In this document: positions 1 through 10,034 of the stretch, piece by piece
Numbering within the stretch: position 1 is the first letter of the stretch
Layout of the letters: each line of letters opens with the position of its first letter
NCBI GenBank assembly: GCA_017936745.1
Contig: JAGBEY010000012.1
Coordinates: 32,420 to 96,419, forward strand
Origin: Clostridia bacterium
GTDB taxonomy: Bacteria; Bacillota; Clostridia; UMGS1840
Length of the DNA: 64,000 nucleotides
Direction of reading: 5' to 3'
Position numbers and translations under genes: made by a program
The notes under the pieces: model-generated
Told to the model about the DNA's origin: nothing
Seen by the model: the letters and a program-made list of their open reading frames with translations, nothing else
Database searches by the model: none

Positions 1-273
1 GCTTTTTTCCCAAAAAACAAAGTCTCAAGGTAAAATATACTATTAAATAGAAACACTATTCCATTAAAATAGGGGTTTTATCATAATATCACCATTTGTC
101 AAGTTTGTCAAGGGTTTTTTTCCATTTTTTTAAATTTCCAATATTTTTTTCTTTTTTTCAGGAAAATGAAAGGGGTCCGGCCCCGATTTTCCTTTTCTGT
201 TTCCCAAAAAACGAGCAAGTCTTGTTTTGTGAAAAATGCACAAAAATATTTTTAAAAATCGTAACTTTTTCGG

Positions 274-302
274 TTGTTTTTTTCTCAGGAGTGTAGTATA
301 AT
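274..302 (+). promoter_or_regulatory. candidate sigma-A promoter of the EF-G-like gene
   Basis: TTGTTT (274-279), 17-nt spacer, TATAAT (297-302). The ~160-nt leader contains a perfect 9-bp hairpin TCCTTTTCC/GGAAAAGGA (327-347). Confidence 0.45.
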
Positions 303-464
303 GGTGGTAATAGAAATATCAGCCTCTCCTTTTCCTTAGGAAAAGGAACACCAGGTGCATAGGCATACGGCAGGAAACATTCCTCATTCAGCGGTGTTTC
401 TCCTTTTCCGGGCAAACAGGAGGCTCTCATTTCCAAACATACCAAAAAGAGAGGATGAATTCAT

Positions 465-2537
465 TTGGACTACACTGTAAAAAACATCAGAAACATTGCA
501 TTGGCAGCACACGGCGGCTGCGGAAAAACCGCTTTGGCAGAAGCAATGCTTCTCAATATGAAGGAAATTGACAGACTGGGTAAAATTGTAGATGGTAACA
601 CAGTTATGGACTACAATCCCGAAGAAATCAAACGCGGTATTTCTATTTCGACTGCCATTTCCAGCGGTGAATGGAAAGGAAATAAAATCAATATTATAGA
701 TACCCCCGGCTTCTTCGATTTTGAAGGAGAGCTGGCTTGCGGTCTCCGTGCAGCAGATGCCGTTGTTATTTTAGTCAGCGGAAAATCCGGTATTGGCGTT
801 GGTTCAGAAAACGCCTGGGATTATGCTGAACGTAAAAATATGCCCAAAATTATCTACATCAACGATATCGACGATGAGCATGCAAACTACACGCAGGTGG
901 TGAACCAGTTAAAAGAAGTGTTCGGGAAATCGGTTGCACCATTCTATGTACCTTTGAAGGTGGATAACTTCGTTACCGGGTATGTAGATTTAATTCACGA
1001 CCGTGCAAGAGACTTTACCACCAAAGAAAACATTCCCATTACCGACCCCATGCGTGCTGCTTGTGCCGACATCAAAGACCAGATGTTCGAAGCAATTGCA
1101 GAAACCTCCGAAGAGCTGATGGATAAGTATTTCTCTGGAGAAGAATTTACCTCCGAAGAAATTCTGGCAGCGGTAAGAAAAGGGGTAGCAAACTGCGAGC
1201 TGACTCCCGTTATGTTTGGCTCCAGCACCCACGATATCGGTATCAAAGGGCTGTTAAATGCGATTATCGACTACTTCCCCTCTCCCGATGAAGCAAAGCC
1301 TGAAAAAGCAATTCATCAGGAAACCGAAGAAGAAGTGATTTTGGAAATGAACGAAGCAGACCCCACCAGACTCTTTGTGTTTAAAACCATTTCCGACCCC
1401 TTTATCGGAAAACTGTCCATCTTTAAAGTATTATCCGGCAAATTGACTGCCGATACCACCTTATACAACTTAACCAGAGAGAAAGAAGAAAAAATCGGTA
1501 AGCTGTATCTGCCCAAAGGCAAAAAACAGGTGGAAACAAAAGAACTCATTGCCGGTGATATCGGCTGCGTGGCGAAGCTTGCCGTTACCAAAACCGGTGA
1601 TACCCTTTGTGCAAAAGACGATAAGCTGGAAGTGAAGAAAATTAAGCTTCCCACTCCCCATGTAAAAATGGCAATCATATCCAAAGAAAAAGGAGACGAA
1701 GAAAAAATCGGTTCCGGTCTTTCCAAGCTCAGAGAAGAAGACCCCACCATCCGTTACTATAATGACCCCGAAACCCGTCAGTTTATTCTGTGCGGTGTGG
1801 GAGAACAACACCTGGAGGTTATCACCAGCAAGCTGAAAACCCGTTTTGGTGTGGAATTTACCTTACAGGAACCCGTTGTGGCATACCGCGAAAAAATCAA
1901 ACGGAAAGTTTCTGCAGAAGGAAAGCATAAGAAACAATCCGGCGGTCACGGTCAGTTCGGTCATTGCTGGATTGAATTTGAACCCCACGAGGAAGACGAT
2001 TTAATCTTCGGCGAAAGAGTAGTCGGCGGTGCTGTTCCGAAAAACTACTTCCCCGCTGTGGAAAAAGGCTTACGAGAAAGTATTTTACACGGCGTGCTGG
2101 CAGGCTATCCCGTGGTTGGCTTGAAAGCCACCTTATACGATGGCTCTTACCATCCCGTTGACTCCTCCGAAATGGCATTCAAAATGGCTGCTCATAAAGC
2201 CTATATGAAAGGACTTTCCGAAGCAATGCCCTGTATTTTAGAGCCCATCGGTGCTTTAAAAGTAATCGTTCCCAACGATTATATGGGCGATGTTATCGGT
2301 GATATCAACAAACGTCGCGGCAGAGTAATGGGTATGACTCCCATTAACTCCAAGCTTCAGGAAATTGATGCGGAAGTTCCCGTTTCTGAAATGGCGAAAT
2401 ATTCCACCGACCTGCGTTCTATGACACAGGGCAGAGGCAAATTTGAATTTGACTTTGTTCGTTATGAAGAAGCACCTCAGAATGTTGCTGAAAAAGTAAT
2501 TGCAGACAGCAAGTTTGTAAGAAACGAAGAAGACTAA
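465..2537 (+). CDS. EF-G family translational GTPase (EF-G2-type paralog)
   Basis: 690-aa ORF with a TTG start. GTPase motifs are AHGGCGKT (G1), RGISI (G2) and DTPG (G3), with NDID in the NKxD position. The C-terminus is EF-G domain III-V-like. Confidence 0.85.
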   Translation: MDYTVKNIRNIALAAHGGCGKTALAEAMLLNMKEIDRLGKIVDGNTVMDYNPEEIKRGISISTAISSGEWKGNKINIIDTPGFFDFEGELACGLRAADAVVILVSGKSGIGVGSENAWDYAERKNMPKIIYINDIDDEHANYTQVVNQLKEVFGKSVAPFYVPLKVDNFVTGYVDLIHDRARDFTTKENIPITDPMRAACADIKDQMFEAIAETSEELMDKYFSGEEFTSEEILAAVRKGVANCELTPVMFGSSTHDIGIKGLLNAIIDYFPSPDEAKPEKAIHQETEEEVILEMNEADPTRLFVFKTISDPFIGKLSIFKVLSGKLTADTTLYNLTREKEEKIGKLYLPKGKKQVETKELIAGDIGCVAKLAVTKTGDTLCAKDDKLEVKKIKLPTPHVKMAIISKEKGDEEKIGSGLSKLREEDPTIRYYNDPETRQFILCGVGEQHLEVITSKLKTRFGVEFTLQEPVVAYREKIKRKVSAEGKHKKQSGGHGQFGHCWIEFEPHEEDDLIFGERVVGGAVPKNYFPAVEKGLRESILHGVLAGYPVVGLKATLYDGSYHPVDSSEMAFKMAAHKAYMKGLSEAMPCILEPIGALKVIVPNDYMGDVIGDINKRRGRVMGMTPINSKLQEIDAEVPVSEMAKYSTDLRSMTQGRGKFEFDFVRYEEAPQNVAEKVIADSKFVRNEED

Positions 2538-2617
2538 TTTGGTTTATTCTTTTTCCGCCAATCGTTTTGATTGACATCAAAATTTCTTAGACCAAAAAGA
2601 ATACCAATATTCAGTAC

Positions 2618-2656
2618 CAAAAAAAGAACCCGTCTGAAGTTCAGACGGGTTCTTTC
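2618..2656. terminator. bidirectional rho-independent terminator
   Basis: 13-bp stem GAACCCGTCTGAA/TTCAGACGGGTTC (2626-2652), flanked by an A-run on the left and a short T-run on the right. The T-run is longer when read on the minus strand. Confidence 0.7.
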
Positions 2657-2710
2657 ATATATTTGTATTGTATAGAGGGTTTGATCTCTTCTATATTTTC
2701 CCGATTGCAT

Positions 2711-2971
2711 CGAAAAAACGAATGAAATACAGATCAAAGGAGCCAAAGCGTGGCTTTTGTAGAATCCGAAGGTATGTTAAAAATCCCTCCACCACCTGCG
2801 GTGGTCCCCCTCCCTTTAGTCAAGGGAGGCGTAATGCCATTTCACACACATCAAGTGCAACGGAAAAATGGATGAGAAACGAAACAAAGGAGCCAAAGCT
2901 TTGCTTTGGTAGCACCCGAAGTCGTACCACGTGTACGACGAGTGGCTACTTTGGTTCGGTTATCGCCATTT
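2711..2971. repeat. modular intergenic hairpin repeats (REP-like family)
   Basis: A ~60-bp direct repeat lies at 2711-2772 and 2861-2922. Hairpins are CCAAAGC/GCTTTGG, CCACC/GGTGG, CCTCCCTT/AAGGGAGG and GTCGTAC-CACGT-GTACGAC (2921-2939). The same motifs recur at 14.2-14.5 kb and 22.2 kb. Confidence 0.75.
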
Positions 2972-4393
2972 TTACTTGCAATTAGGGCATTCTTTGCCAT
3001 CCCAGCAGTATGTGCAAAGCTTGCATTTATCTAATCCGATGGCTTCCACCATATCGTCTAAGCGGTGGTATTTTAAGGTGGTAAAGCCCATTTCCTTACG
3101 GATGGCTTCTACCATTTCTTTATAATTGTCGTGGTCGGGGTCGGTATAGGTGGACAAAGTTTTTTCGTCCACATTGTCTCCCTCGCGGAGCGCAATCATC
3201 CGACGGGCAATCAAATCCATATCCGAATTGGAACGGGAGAAGTTCAAATACTTACAACCGAACATAATGGGGGGACAAGCCGGGCGGATATGCACCTCTT
3301 TTGCCCCTCTCTGATAAAGAAATTCCGCTGTTTCCCGAAGCTGTGTGCCACGCACAATGGAATCGTCAATCAACACCATATCCTTATTGCGAATCAGCTC
3401 TTCCACGGGAATGAGCTTCATTTTTGCAATTTTGTTTCTCTCCGTCTGCACCTGCGGCATAAAGGAACGCGCCCAGGTGGGAGTATATTTAATGAATGGT
3501 CTTGCAAAGGGAATTTCGGATTTGTTGGCATACCCCACGGCATGGGCAGTTCCCGAATCGGGCACTCCTGCCACCATGTGAGCGTTCACATCGTCCCGCA
3601 TTGCCAGACGTTCTCCGCAACGATACCGCATTTGTTCAACGTTGATACCCTCGTAGGTAGAAGTGGGATACCCGAAGTACACCCACAAAAAACTACAGAT
3701 TTTCATTTCCTCACCGGGAGCTTTCAATGTCTGGATACCGTCAGAGGTAACCAAAGCAATTTCACCCGGACCCAATTCTTTTTCTAAAGTATATCCTAAA
3801 TTGAAATAAGCAAAGCTTTCAAAGGTAATACAGCGACCGGTTTCCTTTTTGCCGATGATAAGAGGTGTTCTTCCCAACCGGTCACGGGCAGCATAGATGC
3901 CCCTTGCAGTCAGCACCAGCATGGTCATAGAACCATCAATTTTTTCCTGTGCATAACGAATCCCCTCAACGATAGAGTCGCACTGGTTGATTAAGGAGGC
4001 AACCAATTCGGTAGGATTAATCTGACCGCCGCTCATTTCCAGAAAATGAGGGTTGCCTTTATCGAATGCCAGCTTAACCAGCTCGTCTGCATTGTTGATT
4101 CTGCCAACGGTTGTGATTGCAAAATTCCCTAAATGGCTTCTCACAATCAAAGGCTGTGGCTCAGTGTCGGAAATACAGCCGATACCGGAGTTTCCCTCCA
4201 TTTCTTCCAAATCCCGACCGAATTTAATACGAAACGGAGAATTTTCGATATTATGAATGGCTCTGGTAAAGCCGTTTTTGCCAAGCACAGCAAGACCGCC
4301 GCGTCTGGTACCTAAGTGAGAATGGTAGTCTGTACCGAAAAATAAATCCAGTACGCAATCTTCTTTTGAAGTAACGCCAAAAATTCCACCCAT
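2972..4393 (-). CDS. amidophosphoribosyltransferase-like protein (class II GATase-like domain plus PRTase domain) lacking the N-terminal Cys
   Basis: 473 aa. The N-terminus MGGIFGV resembles the PurF MCGI(V/F)G motif, but Gly replaces Cys. The PRPP loop is MVLIDDSIVRGTQ. The C-terminal tail is Cys-rich (CKLCTYCWDGKECPNCK). Confidence 0.75.
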   Translation of the reverse strand: MGGIFGVTSKEDCVLDLFFGTDYHSHLGTRRGGLAVLGKNGFTRAIHNIENSPFRIKFGRDLEEMEGNSGIGCISDTEPQPLIVRSHLGNFAITTVGRINNADELVKLAFDKGNPHFLEMSGGQINPTELVASLINQCDSIVEGIRYAQEKIDGSMTMLVLTARGIYAARDRLGRTPLIIGKKETGRCITFESFAYFNLGYTLEKELGPGEIALVTSDGIQTLKAPGEEMKICSFLWVYFGYPTSTYEGINVEQMRYRCGERLAMRDDVNAHMVAGVPDSGTAHAVGYANKSEIPFARPFIKYTPTWARSFMPQVQTERNKIAKMKLIPVEELIRNKDMVLIDDSIVRGTQLRETAEFLYQRGAKEVHIRPACPPIMFGCKYLNFSRSNSDMDLIARRMIALREGDNVDEKTLSTYTDPDHDNYKEMVEAIRKEMGFTTLKYHRLDDMVEAIGLDKCKLCTYCWDGKECPNCK

Positions 4394-4447
4394 AATGTTT
4401 TCTCCTTACCATATTTAAAAATACTGTTGCCATAGCTCAACAATTTT

Positions 4448-4476
4448 ATTATACACAAAATATTCCCAAATTGCAA
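4448..4476 (-). promoter_or_regulatory. candidate sigma-A promoter of the purF-like gene
   Basis: On the minus strand, TTGCAA (4476-4471), 17-nt spacer, TATAAT (4453-4448), ~55 nt upstream of the ATG. Confidence 0.55.
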
Positions 4477-4556
4477 GACTATTTTACAAAAAAGTCTGCC
4501 AAAAGCGAGGGACAATCCCCCTGCTTTCTTTATTCATTTTTAACAGAAAAAGCACG

Positions 4557-4606
4557 AAAAAACGAACCTGTTTCTCTCCAAAAGGGAAAACCAGGTTCGT
4601 TTTTTA
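4557..4606. terminator. bidirectional terminator downstream of rpoD
   Basis: Stem AAAAAACGAACCTG...CAGGTTCGTTTTTT with flanking A and T runs. Confidence 0.7.
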
Positions 4607-4611
4607 TGAAA

Positions 4612-5700
4612 TTAGTCTAAATAATCTTTCAACTTTTTACTTCTGGAGGGATGTCTCAGCTTACGGAGAGCTTTTGCTTCAATTTGACGGATTCTTTCAC
4701 GGGTAACATCAAATTCTTTTCCAACCTCCTCCAGGGTTCTCATTCTGCCATCCTCCAAACCGAAACGGAGCTTCAGCACTCTGGATTCTCTGGGAGTCAG
4801 GTTGTCCAGCACATTATCCAGCTGCTCTCTCAAGAGCATATAGGTTGCAGAATCCGCAGGAGAAGGTGCAGATTCATCCTGAATAAAGTCACCCAGATGG
4901 CTGTCCTCCTCTTCCCCGATGGGAGTTTCCAGAGAAACGGGGTCCTGGGCAATTTTTTGAATTTCCCGCACACGGTCCACAGTTGTACCCAGAGCTTTTG
5001 CCAGTTCGTCATGGGTGGGTTCTCTGCCGTATTCCTGCAACAGCTGACGGGTTACACGCAGCAGCTTATTGATGGTTTCCACCATATGAACGGGAATGCG
5101 GATGGTTCTTGCCTGGTCTGCAATGGCACGGGTGATGGACTGACGAATCCACCAGGTGGCATAGGTGGAGAATTTATAACCCTTGCGGTAGTCAAATTTT
5201 TCAACTGCTTTAATCAGCCCTAAGTTCCCCTCCTGAATCAAATCCAAAAACAACATCCCTCTGCCCACATATCGTTTTGCAATGCTGACAACCAGACGCA
5301 GATTGGCATCGGCAAGCTGTCTGCCTGCCTCCTGATCGCCCTCCGACATACGCTCTGCCAGCTTCAGCTCATCGTCCATATGCAGAAGCGGTACTTTCCC
5401 GATTTCCTTTAAATACATTCTCACCGGGTCATCAATGGAAATGCCCTCGGCATTCAACATATTGTTAATCTCAGTTTCATTGGGAAATTCAATGTCTACG
5501 GGATCTTCAAATTCTTCATCCCCCACAATTTCAATTCCCATTTTTTCCAGACGCTCATAAATTTTTTCGATATCGGTTACCGAAACGTCTACCTGGTCCA
5601 GACGGACATTGAGTTCATTCAATGTAATTTTCCCGTGTTTTTTCGCATATTCAACCAGTTCCTTAATAACCTGCTTTTTGCTTTCTACAACTTCAGACAT
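4612..5700 (-). CDS. rpoD: RNA polymerase primary sigma factor
   Basis: 362 aa. Region 2 reads [17 protein letters not shown] and region 4.2 reads [28 protein letters not shown]. It lies in the classic dnaG-rpoD arrangement. Confidence 0.95.
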   Translation of the reverse strand: MSEVVESKKQVIKELVEYAKKHGKITLNELNVRLDQVDVSVTDIEKIYERLEKMGIEIVGDEEFEDPVDIEFPNETEINNMLNAEGISIDDPVRMYLKEIGKVPLLHMDDELKLAERMSEGDQEAGRQLADANLRLVVSIAKRYVGRGMLFLDLIQEGNLGLIKAVEKFDYRKGYKFSTYATWWIRQSITRAIADQARTIRIPVHMVETINKLLRVTRQLLQEYGREPTHDELAKALGTTVDRVREIQKIAQDPVSLETPIGEEEDSHLGDFIQDESAPSPADSATYMLLREQLDNVLDNLTPRESRVLKLRFGLEDGRMRTLEEVGKEFDVTRERIRQIEAKALRKLRHPSRSKKLKDYLD

Positions 5701-5702
5701 AA

Positions 5703-7445
5703 TTATCCTCTCTTTTCTTCCGAATCCCCATCGGCATCCGTTTCGTTTTTCTTCTTTAATTTTCTGGTATATTCCAATAATTTTAACATATCATCACGGT
5801 CGTCATCCGAAAAGACAACCTCTTGGGTTTGCTGCTCGCTCTTTTTGATAAGCCCATCCAGATAAATGTGAAAATCAAGATACGGCTCACGCTCCATAAA
5901 GATTTCGCTTGCTTCCTTTGCCGACTCCCGGGGAAGCCTTTCCAGAACCATGGAAACGTCTGTCTTTTGCCCCTCATCAATCAGTTCACAAAACACATCG
6001 TAGATTTTTTGATGAATTTCTTCTTTAAAATAGTCTGTTTTTATTTTTTCCCTGATTTTCGGAAAATAAGACGGATTTTCTACAACAAGCTTCAAAAGAG
6101 ACTGAGAAACACTCTTTTTCCTGATGTATTCCATCTCTCCGACACTCACTGTGGACTCAAACCGTCTTTTTTTCTGTGCCTGACGGATTTGCTCCAGCAG
6201 TGAATCATAACTGATTTTGCTGATTTCGGCAACCTTTTTGGTATACACCTCAAGCTCCAGCTTATTGTCCAGATGCTTCAGGATGCCAATTGCCTGCTTA
6301 ATAAAATCCAGCCGTTCTTCTTCGTCGGCAAAGCCGCCCTTGGGGTAAATGCAGGACAGCTCATATTCTACCTCTCCCATAGAACTGCGGATGGCATTCT
6401 CAAAGGCTTCCGGCCCGTACTTCCGAATCAGCTCATCGGGGTCTTTCGCACCTTTAATATTTAAAACACGAACACGAAGCCCGTCCTTTTTAAAAATGTC
6501 CAACGACCGCCGGAGGGCTTTCTGCCCTGCTCCGTCACTGTCAAAGGAAACTACCACACGGTTGGTAAACCGCTTCAGCAAACGGGAATGCTCGTCTCCG
6601 AATGCCGTTCCCAATGCCGCCACAGCGTTAGGAAAGCCTGCCTGATACATTGCGATGACATCCATATACCCTTCGGCTAAAATCAGATAATCAGTTGTGG
6701 CATTTTTTGCTATGTTGAGATTGAACAAATTCTGCCGTTTGGAGAACACAGGCGTTTCCCCCGTATTCAGATATTTTGGTTTGCTGTCGTCCAGCACTCT
6801 GCCACCAAACCCAATCACGTTCCCCCGTAAATCCATAACAGGAAACATCACACGATTCCGAAAAAAATCAAATATTCTGCCATTTCGTTTGAGACACAAG
6901 CCGCTTGCCACAATGTCATCATCCGAAAAGCCGTGCTGCTTTAGAATTTTATACATAAAATCCCACTGCCCGGGGGCATACCCCAAGCCATAGGTTTTAA
7001 TGGTATCATCGGTAAATCCGCGAAACCGGAAATAATCCAGACCAACCTTGCCCAGCTCACTGTTTAAGCATCGAAAATACGATCTTCCGGCAATTTTGTT
7101 CATTTCTCTTATATTTCGTTTCAAACGGGTGAGGTCGCTGACCTCGTCTTTTTCATCGGGAAGCGGAATTCCAGCCCGTTGTGCCAAAAATTTTACCGCT
7201 TCAATAAAATCCAGATTTTCAATTTGTTCAATAAAATGAATCACCGTGCCTCCCGCACCGCAACCGAAGCAGTGGTAAAGCTGCATCTGGGGATTCACAA
7301 AAAAGGAGGGAGTTTTCTCCGAGTGAAAGGGACAAAGCCCTATATACCGATTTCCACTTCGTTTCAGATTAACATAGGAGGAAATCACATCCACAATGTC
7401 GTTTTTCTCTTTGATTTCGTTTAAATATTCTTCTCCGAAAAACAA
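5703..7445 (-). CDS. dnaG: DNA primase
   Basis: 580 aa. The zinc-binding motif is [13 protein letters not shown]...[10 protein letters not shown] and the TOPRIM motif is EGYMDVI. It lies immediately upstream of rpoD. Confidence 0.95.
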   Translation of the reverse strand: MFFGEEYLNEIKEKNDIVDVISSYVNLKRSGNRYIGLCPFHSEKTPSFFVNPQMQLYHCFGCGAGGTVIHFIEQIENLDFIEAVKFLAQRAGIPLPDEKDEVSDLTRLKRNIREMNKIAGRSYFRCLNSELGKVGLDYFRFRGFTDDTIKTYGLGYAPGQWDFMYKILKQHGFSDDDIVASGLCLKRNGRIFDFFRNRVMFPVMDLRGNVIGFGGRVLDDSKPKYLNTGETPVFSKRQNLFNLNIAKNATTDYLILAEGYMDVIAMYQAGFPNAVAALGTAFGDEHSRLLKRFTNRVVVSFDSDGAGQKALRRSLDIFKKDGLRVRVLNIKGAKDPDELIRKYGPEAFENAIRSSMGEVEYELSCIYPKGGFADEEERLDFIKQAIGILKHLDNKLELEVYTKKVAEISKISYDSLLEQIRQAQKKRRFESTVSVGEMEYIRKKSVSQSLLKLVVENPSYFPKIREKIKTDYFKEEIHQKIYDVFCELIDEGQKTDVSMVLERLPRESAKEASEIFMEREPYLDFHIYLDGLIKKSEQQTQEVVFSDDDRDDMLKLLEYTRKLKKKNETDADGDSEEKRG

Positions 7446-7783
7446 GCACCGTCACCCTCCTTTCTTACTGTTGTTTCCGTTTTTGGTTTCTTCTGTTATT
7501 TTAATTCGACACAAATTGGATTTTTCCTTTTTTTTCAGACAATTTTATAAAAGTTTTGTTCCAAAGTCCTAAAAAATATGGTTTTATCAGGAAAATTTTT
7601 TCCGTGTAACAAAGTTGAAACAATATTTTAACGTGAATTTTCTTGAATTTAGAAAAAAGCTGTGCTATACTGGAAACTGATAAAGTGTCATCAAGTGTTC
7701 CGTCCTTGTGTAACAATGGTTGGAAACCGATGCGTTTTATACAGATTGAAAGAACCGTTCCAAAAATAAATGAGGTGATTGTT

Positions 7784-9985
7784 TTGAGCAAAAAACCGAA
7801 AAAATCAAAAAAACCAACCGGATTCTTTGGTATCTTCTGGCATACCATTCTTTCCATTTTTAAAATTCTGATTCCCACTGCAATTCTTCTGGGCATTATC
7901 TTTTTAGTCTTTATCATTGCAGCGGCAGACCCCATTGATACCGAGGATTTGCGTTTGGATTTATCCAGCAGCATTTGCTATCTGGATGAAAACGGAAATG
8001 TAGCCCAATTTGAAAAAATTTCCGGCTCGGAAAACCGATTCTGGGTGGAATATGCCAAAGTGCCACAGTATATGAAGGATGCGTTTATCTCCATTGAGGA
8101 TGAACGGTTTCTCTCTCATAACGGCTTTGATATCAAGCGTACCACCAAGGCAGTGCTGGAATACTTTACCAAAGGCTCCCGTGCCCAGGGCGGCAGTACC
8201 ATTACACAACAGCTGGTGAAAAATATTACGGACAATGCAAAAAGAACACCAATCCGTAAAATCCAGGAAATCTGGCTGGCATATCAGCTGGAGCAGGATT
8301 TAACCAAAGACCAGATTCTGGAGCTTTATATGAACACCATCTATCTGGCACAGGGCGTCAACGGTGTGCAGACCGCATCCCGGCTGTATTTTGACAAGGA
8401 TGTATCCGAGTTATCACTGGCACAATGTGCCTCCATTGCCGGCATCACCCAGTATCCCAGCTACTACGACCCTTTCTTGCAACCCGAAAACAACAAGGCA
8501 AAGCAAGAGTTGGTTTTAAGAAAAATGCTGGAGCTTGGCAAAATCACTCAAGAAGAACACGACCAGGCAGTTGCCGAAAAGCTGGATTTTAAAAAAGGCA
8601 ATATGCAAGTCAAAGTATCTTACCAGTCTTATATGGCAGAAACTGTCATTGCCGACGCAATCCGCCTCCTGGTAGAAGAAGAGGGACTTTCCGAAACCGT
8701 TGCGAAAAAGAAAATCTATTCCGGCGGTTATCAGATTATTTCCACGGTAGACCCCAAGGTGCAGTCTGCCATTGATAAGGTATTCAAAAATCCGTCCAAT
8801 TTCCCAAAATCTCCCTACAATGAAATTCCCCAGGGTGCGATTGTGGTAATGGACCCCCAGACAGGGCATATCAAGGGAATGTACGGCGGTATTGGCGAAA
8901 AGCCCGGTCTGCTTTCCTTAAACCGCGCTACCGATTCAGCCCGCCAACCCGGCTCCTGTATGAAACCAATCGGAGTATATGCTCCTGCGCTGGAAGCAGG
9001 AATCATTACCCCCAACACCATTTATACTGATAAAAAGGTGACCTATGGAAGCTGGAGTCCGAAAAACTACTATTCCGGTTTCAAAGGCAATATGACCGTG
9101 CAAAGAGCGGTTGAGCTTTCGGTTAACACCATCCCCGTTCAGATTTTAGAAGAACTGGGTGTAGATAAATCCTATCATTTTGTAAAAGACAAGCTCCACG
9201 TCAGCACCGTGAGCGAATCTGACAAGGTGCTGGGTGCATTGGGCTTAGGAGGTCTTACCAACGGTATCTCCGTTCTGGAAATGACCGCAGCATATGCTAC
9301 CTTTGCCAATAACGGCATCTATACTGAGCCGGTTTCCATCATCGAAATTCGTGACAGCAGCGGAAAAACCGTACTGCAGGTCACACCGGAAACCACCGTG
9401 GCTATGCGGGAAAAAACGGCAGAAATGATGCATCAGATGCTACTTGCCGTTGTGCAGAACGGAACCGGTACAGCAGCGAAAATATCCGGGGTCAAGGCGG
9501 GTGGCAAAACCGGTACTACAGACGAGGACAAGGACAGATGGTTTGTGGGCTACACCCCAAACTATGTCGCAGCAGTGTGGTACGGCTTTGATATTCCCAA
9601 GGGAATGGGCTATGTCAGCGGAAACCCGGCACTGAATGCCTGGAAAAAAGTGATGGACCCCATTATGCAGATTGCTCCCAAACGGGACTATACCACAAAA
9701 ACCCCAGAATATATCCCCACAACAACTGTAAAAACCGATATTTGTACCGTCTCCGGCTTGCTGGCTTCACAATACTGCATCAGCCATCAAACCGTAGAAA
9801 TCCAAAGCTTCAAAGAAGGAACACAGCCTAAGGAATACTGTTCCGAGGCAATGCATACACCATCCAACACACCGCTTCCTGACGAAGCATATCTCAATAC
9901 CCCGGCTCCCATTGCAAGCGAAGCACCCGTTGCTACACCTGCACCCACCGCAACTCCGGTTGCAGAGCCTGCACCTGCGGCATAA
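7784..9985 (+). CDS. bifunctional class A penicillin-binding protein (PBP1A family)
   Basis: Glycosyltransferase motifs are EDERFLSHNGFD and GGSTITQQL. Transpeptidase motifs are SCMKP (SxxK) and KTGTT. The C-terminal tail is Pro/Ala-rich. The ORF is open from 7643, but a TTG at 7784 follows a GAGGTG RBS and immediately precedes the KKPKKSKK-TM anchor. Confidence 0.88.
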   Translation: MSKKPKKSKKPTGFFGIFWHTILSIFKILIPTAILLGIIFLVFIIAAADPIDTEDLRLDLSSSICYLDENGNVAQFEKISGSENRFWVEYAKVPQYMKDAFISIEDERFLSHNGFDIKRTTKAVLEYFTKGSRAQGGSTITQQLVKNITDNAKRTPIRKIQEIWLAYQLEQDLTKDQILELYMNTIYLAQGVNGVQTASRLYFDKDVSELSLAQCASIAGITQYPSYYDPFLQPENNKAKQELVLRKMLELGKITQEEHDQAVAEKLDFKKGNMQVKVSYQSYMAETVIADAIRLLVEEEGLSETVAKKKIYSGGYQIISTVDPKVQSAIDKVFKNPSNFPKSPYNEIPQGAIVVMDPQTGHIKGMYGGIGEKPGLLSLNRATDSARQPGSCMKPIGVYAPALEAGIITPNTIYTDKKVTYGSWSPKNYYSGFKGNMTVQRAVELSVNTIPVQILEELGVDKSYHFVKDKLHVSTVSESDKVLGALGLGGLTNGISVLEMTAAYATFANNGIYTEPVSIIEIRDSSGKTVLQVTPETTVAMREKTAEMMHQMLLAVVQNGTGTAAKISGVKAGGKTGTTDEDKDRWFVGYTPNYVAAVWYGFDIPKGMGYVSGNPALNAWKKVMDPIMQIAPKRDYTTKTPEYIPTTTVKTDICTVSGLLASQYCISHQTVEIQSFKEGTQPKEYCSEAMHTPSNTPLPDEAYLNTPAPIASEAPVATPAPTATPVAEPAPAA

Positions 9986-10034
9986 CAAAAGCTGGTTTTC
10001 GTTACAGACCACTGAAGAAAAGAGGCGAATCCCC

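Noticed and set aside
96-445. ORFs of 66 aa and 95 aa in the first 450 bp
   Set aside because: They lie in low-complexity T-rich sequence upstream of the EF-G-like gene. The region is more likely promoter/leader.
3131-3787. Long antisense ORFs inside well-supported genes (for example 3131-3787, 4651-5223, 25009-25773, 49397-49903, 21473-22009)
   Set aside because: These are shadow ORFs opposite strongly supported housekeeping genes. Their composition is low-complexity and none has an RBS.
7643-7783. Upstream extension of the PBP1A ORF (start at 7643), and similar long N-terminal extensions of aroC (9912), nrdR (16600), the 18072 ORF, rarA (20276) and int (58412)
   Set aside because: The extensions overlap upstream genes or lack an RBS. 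Internal starts with good RBSs coincide with the conserved N-termini of the protein families.
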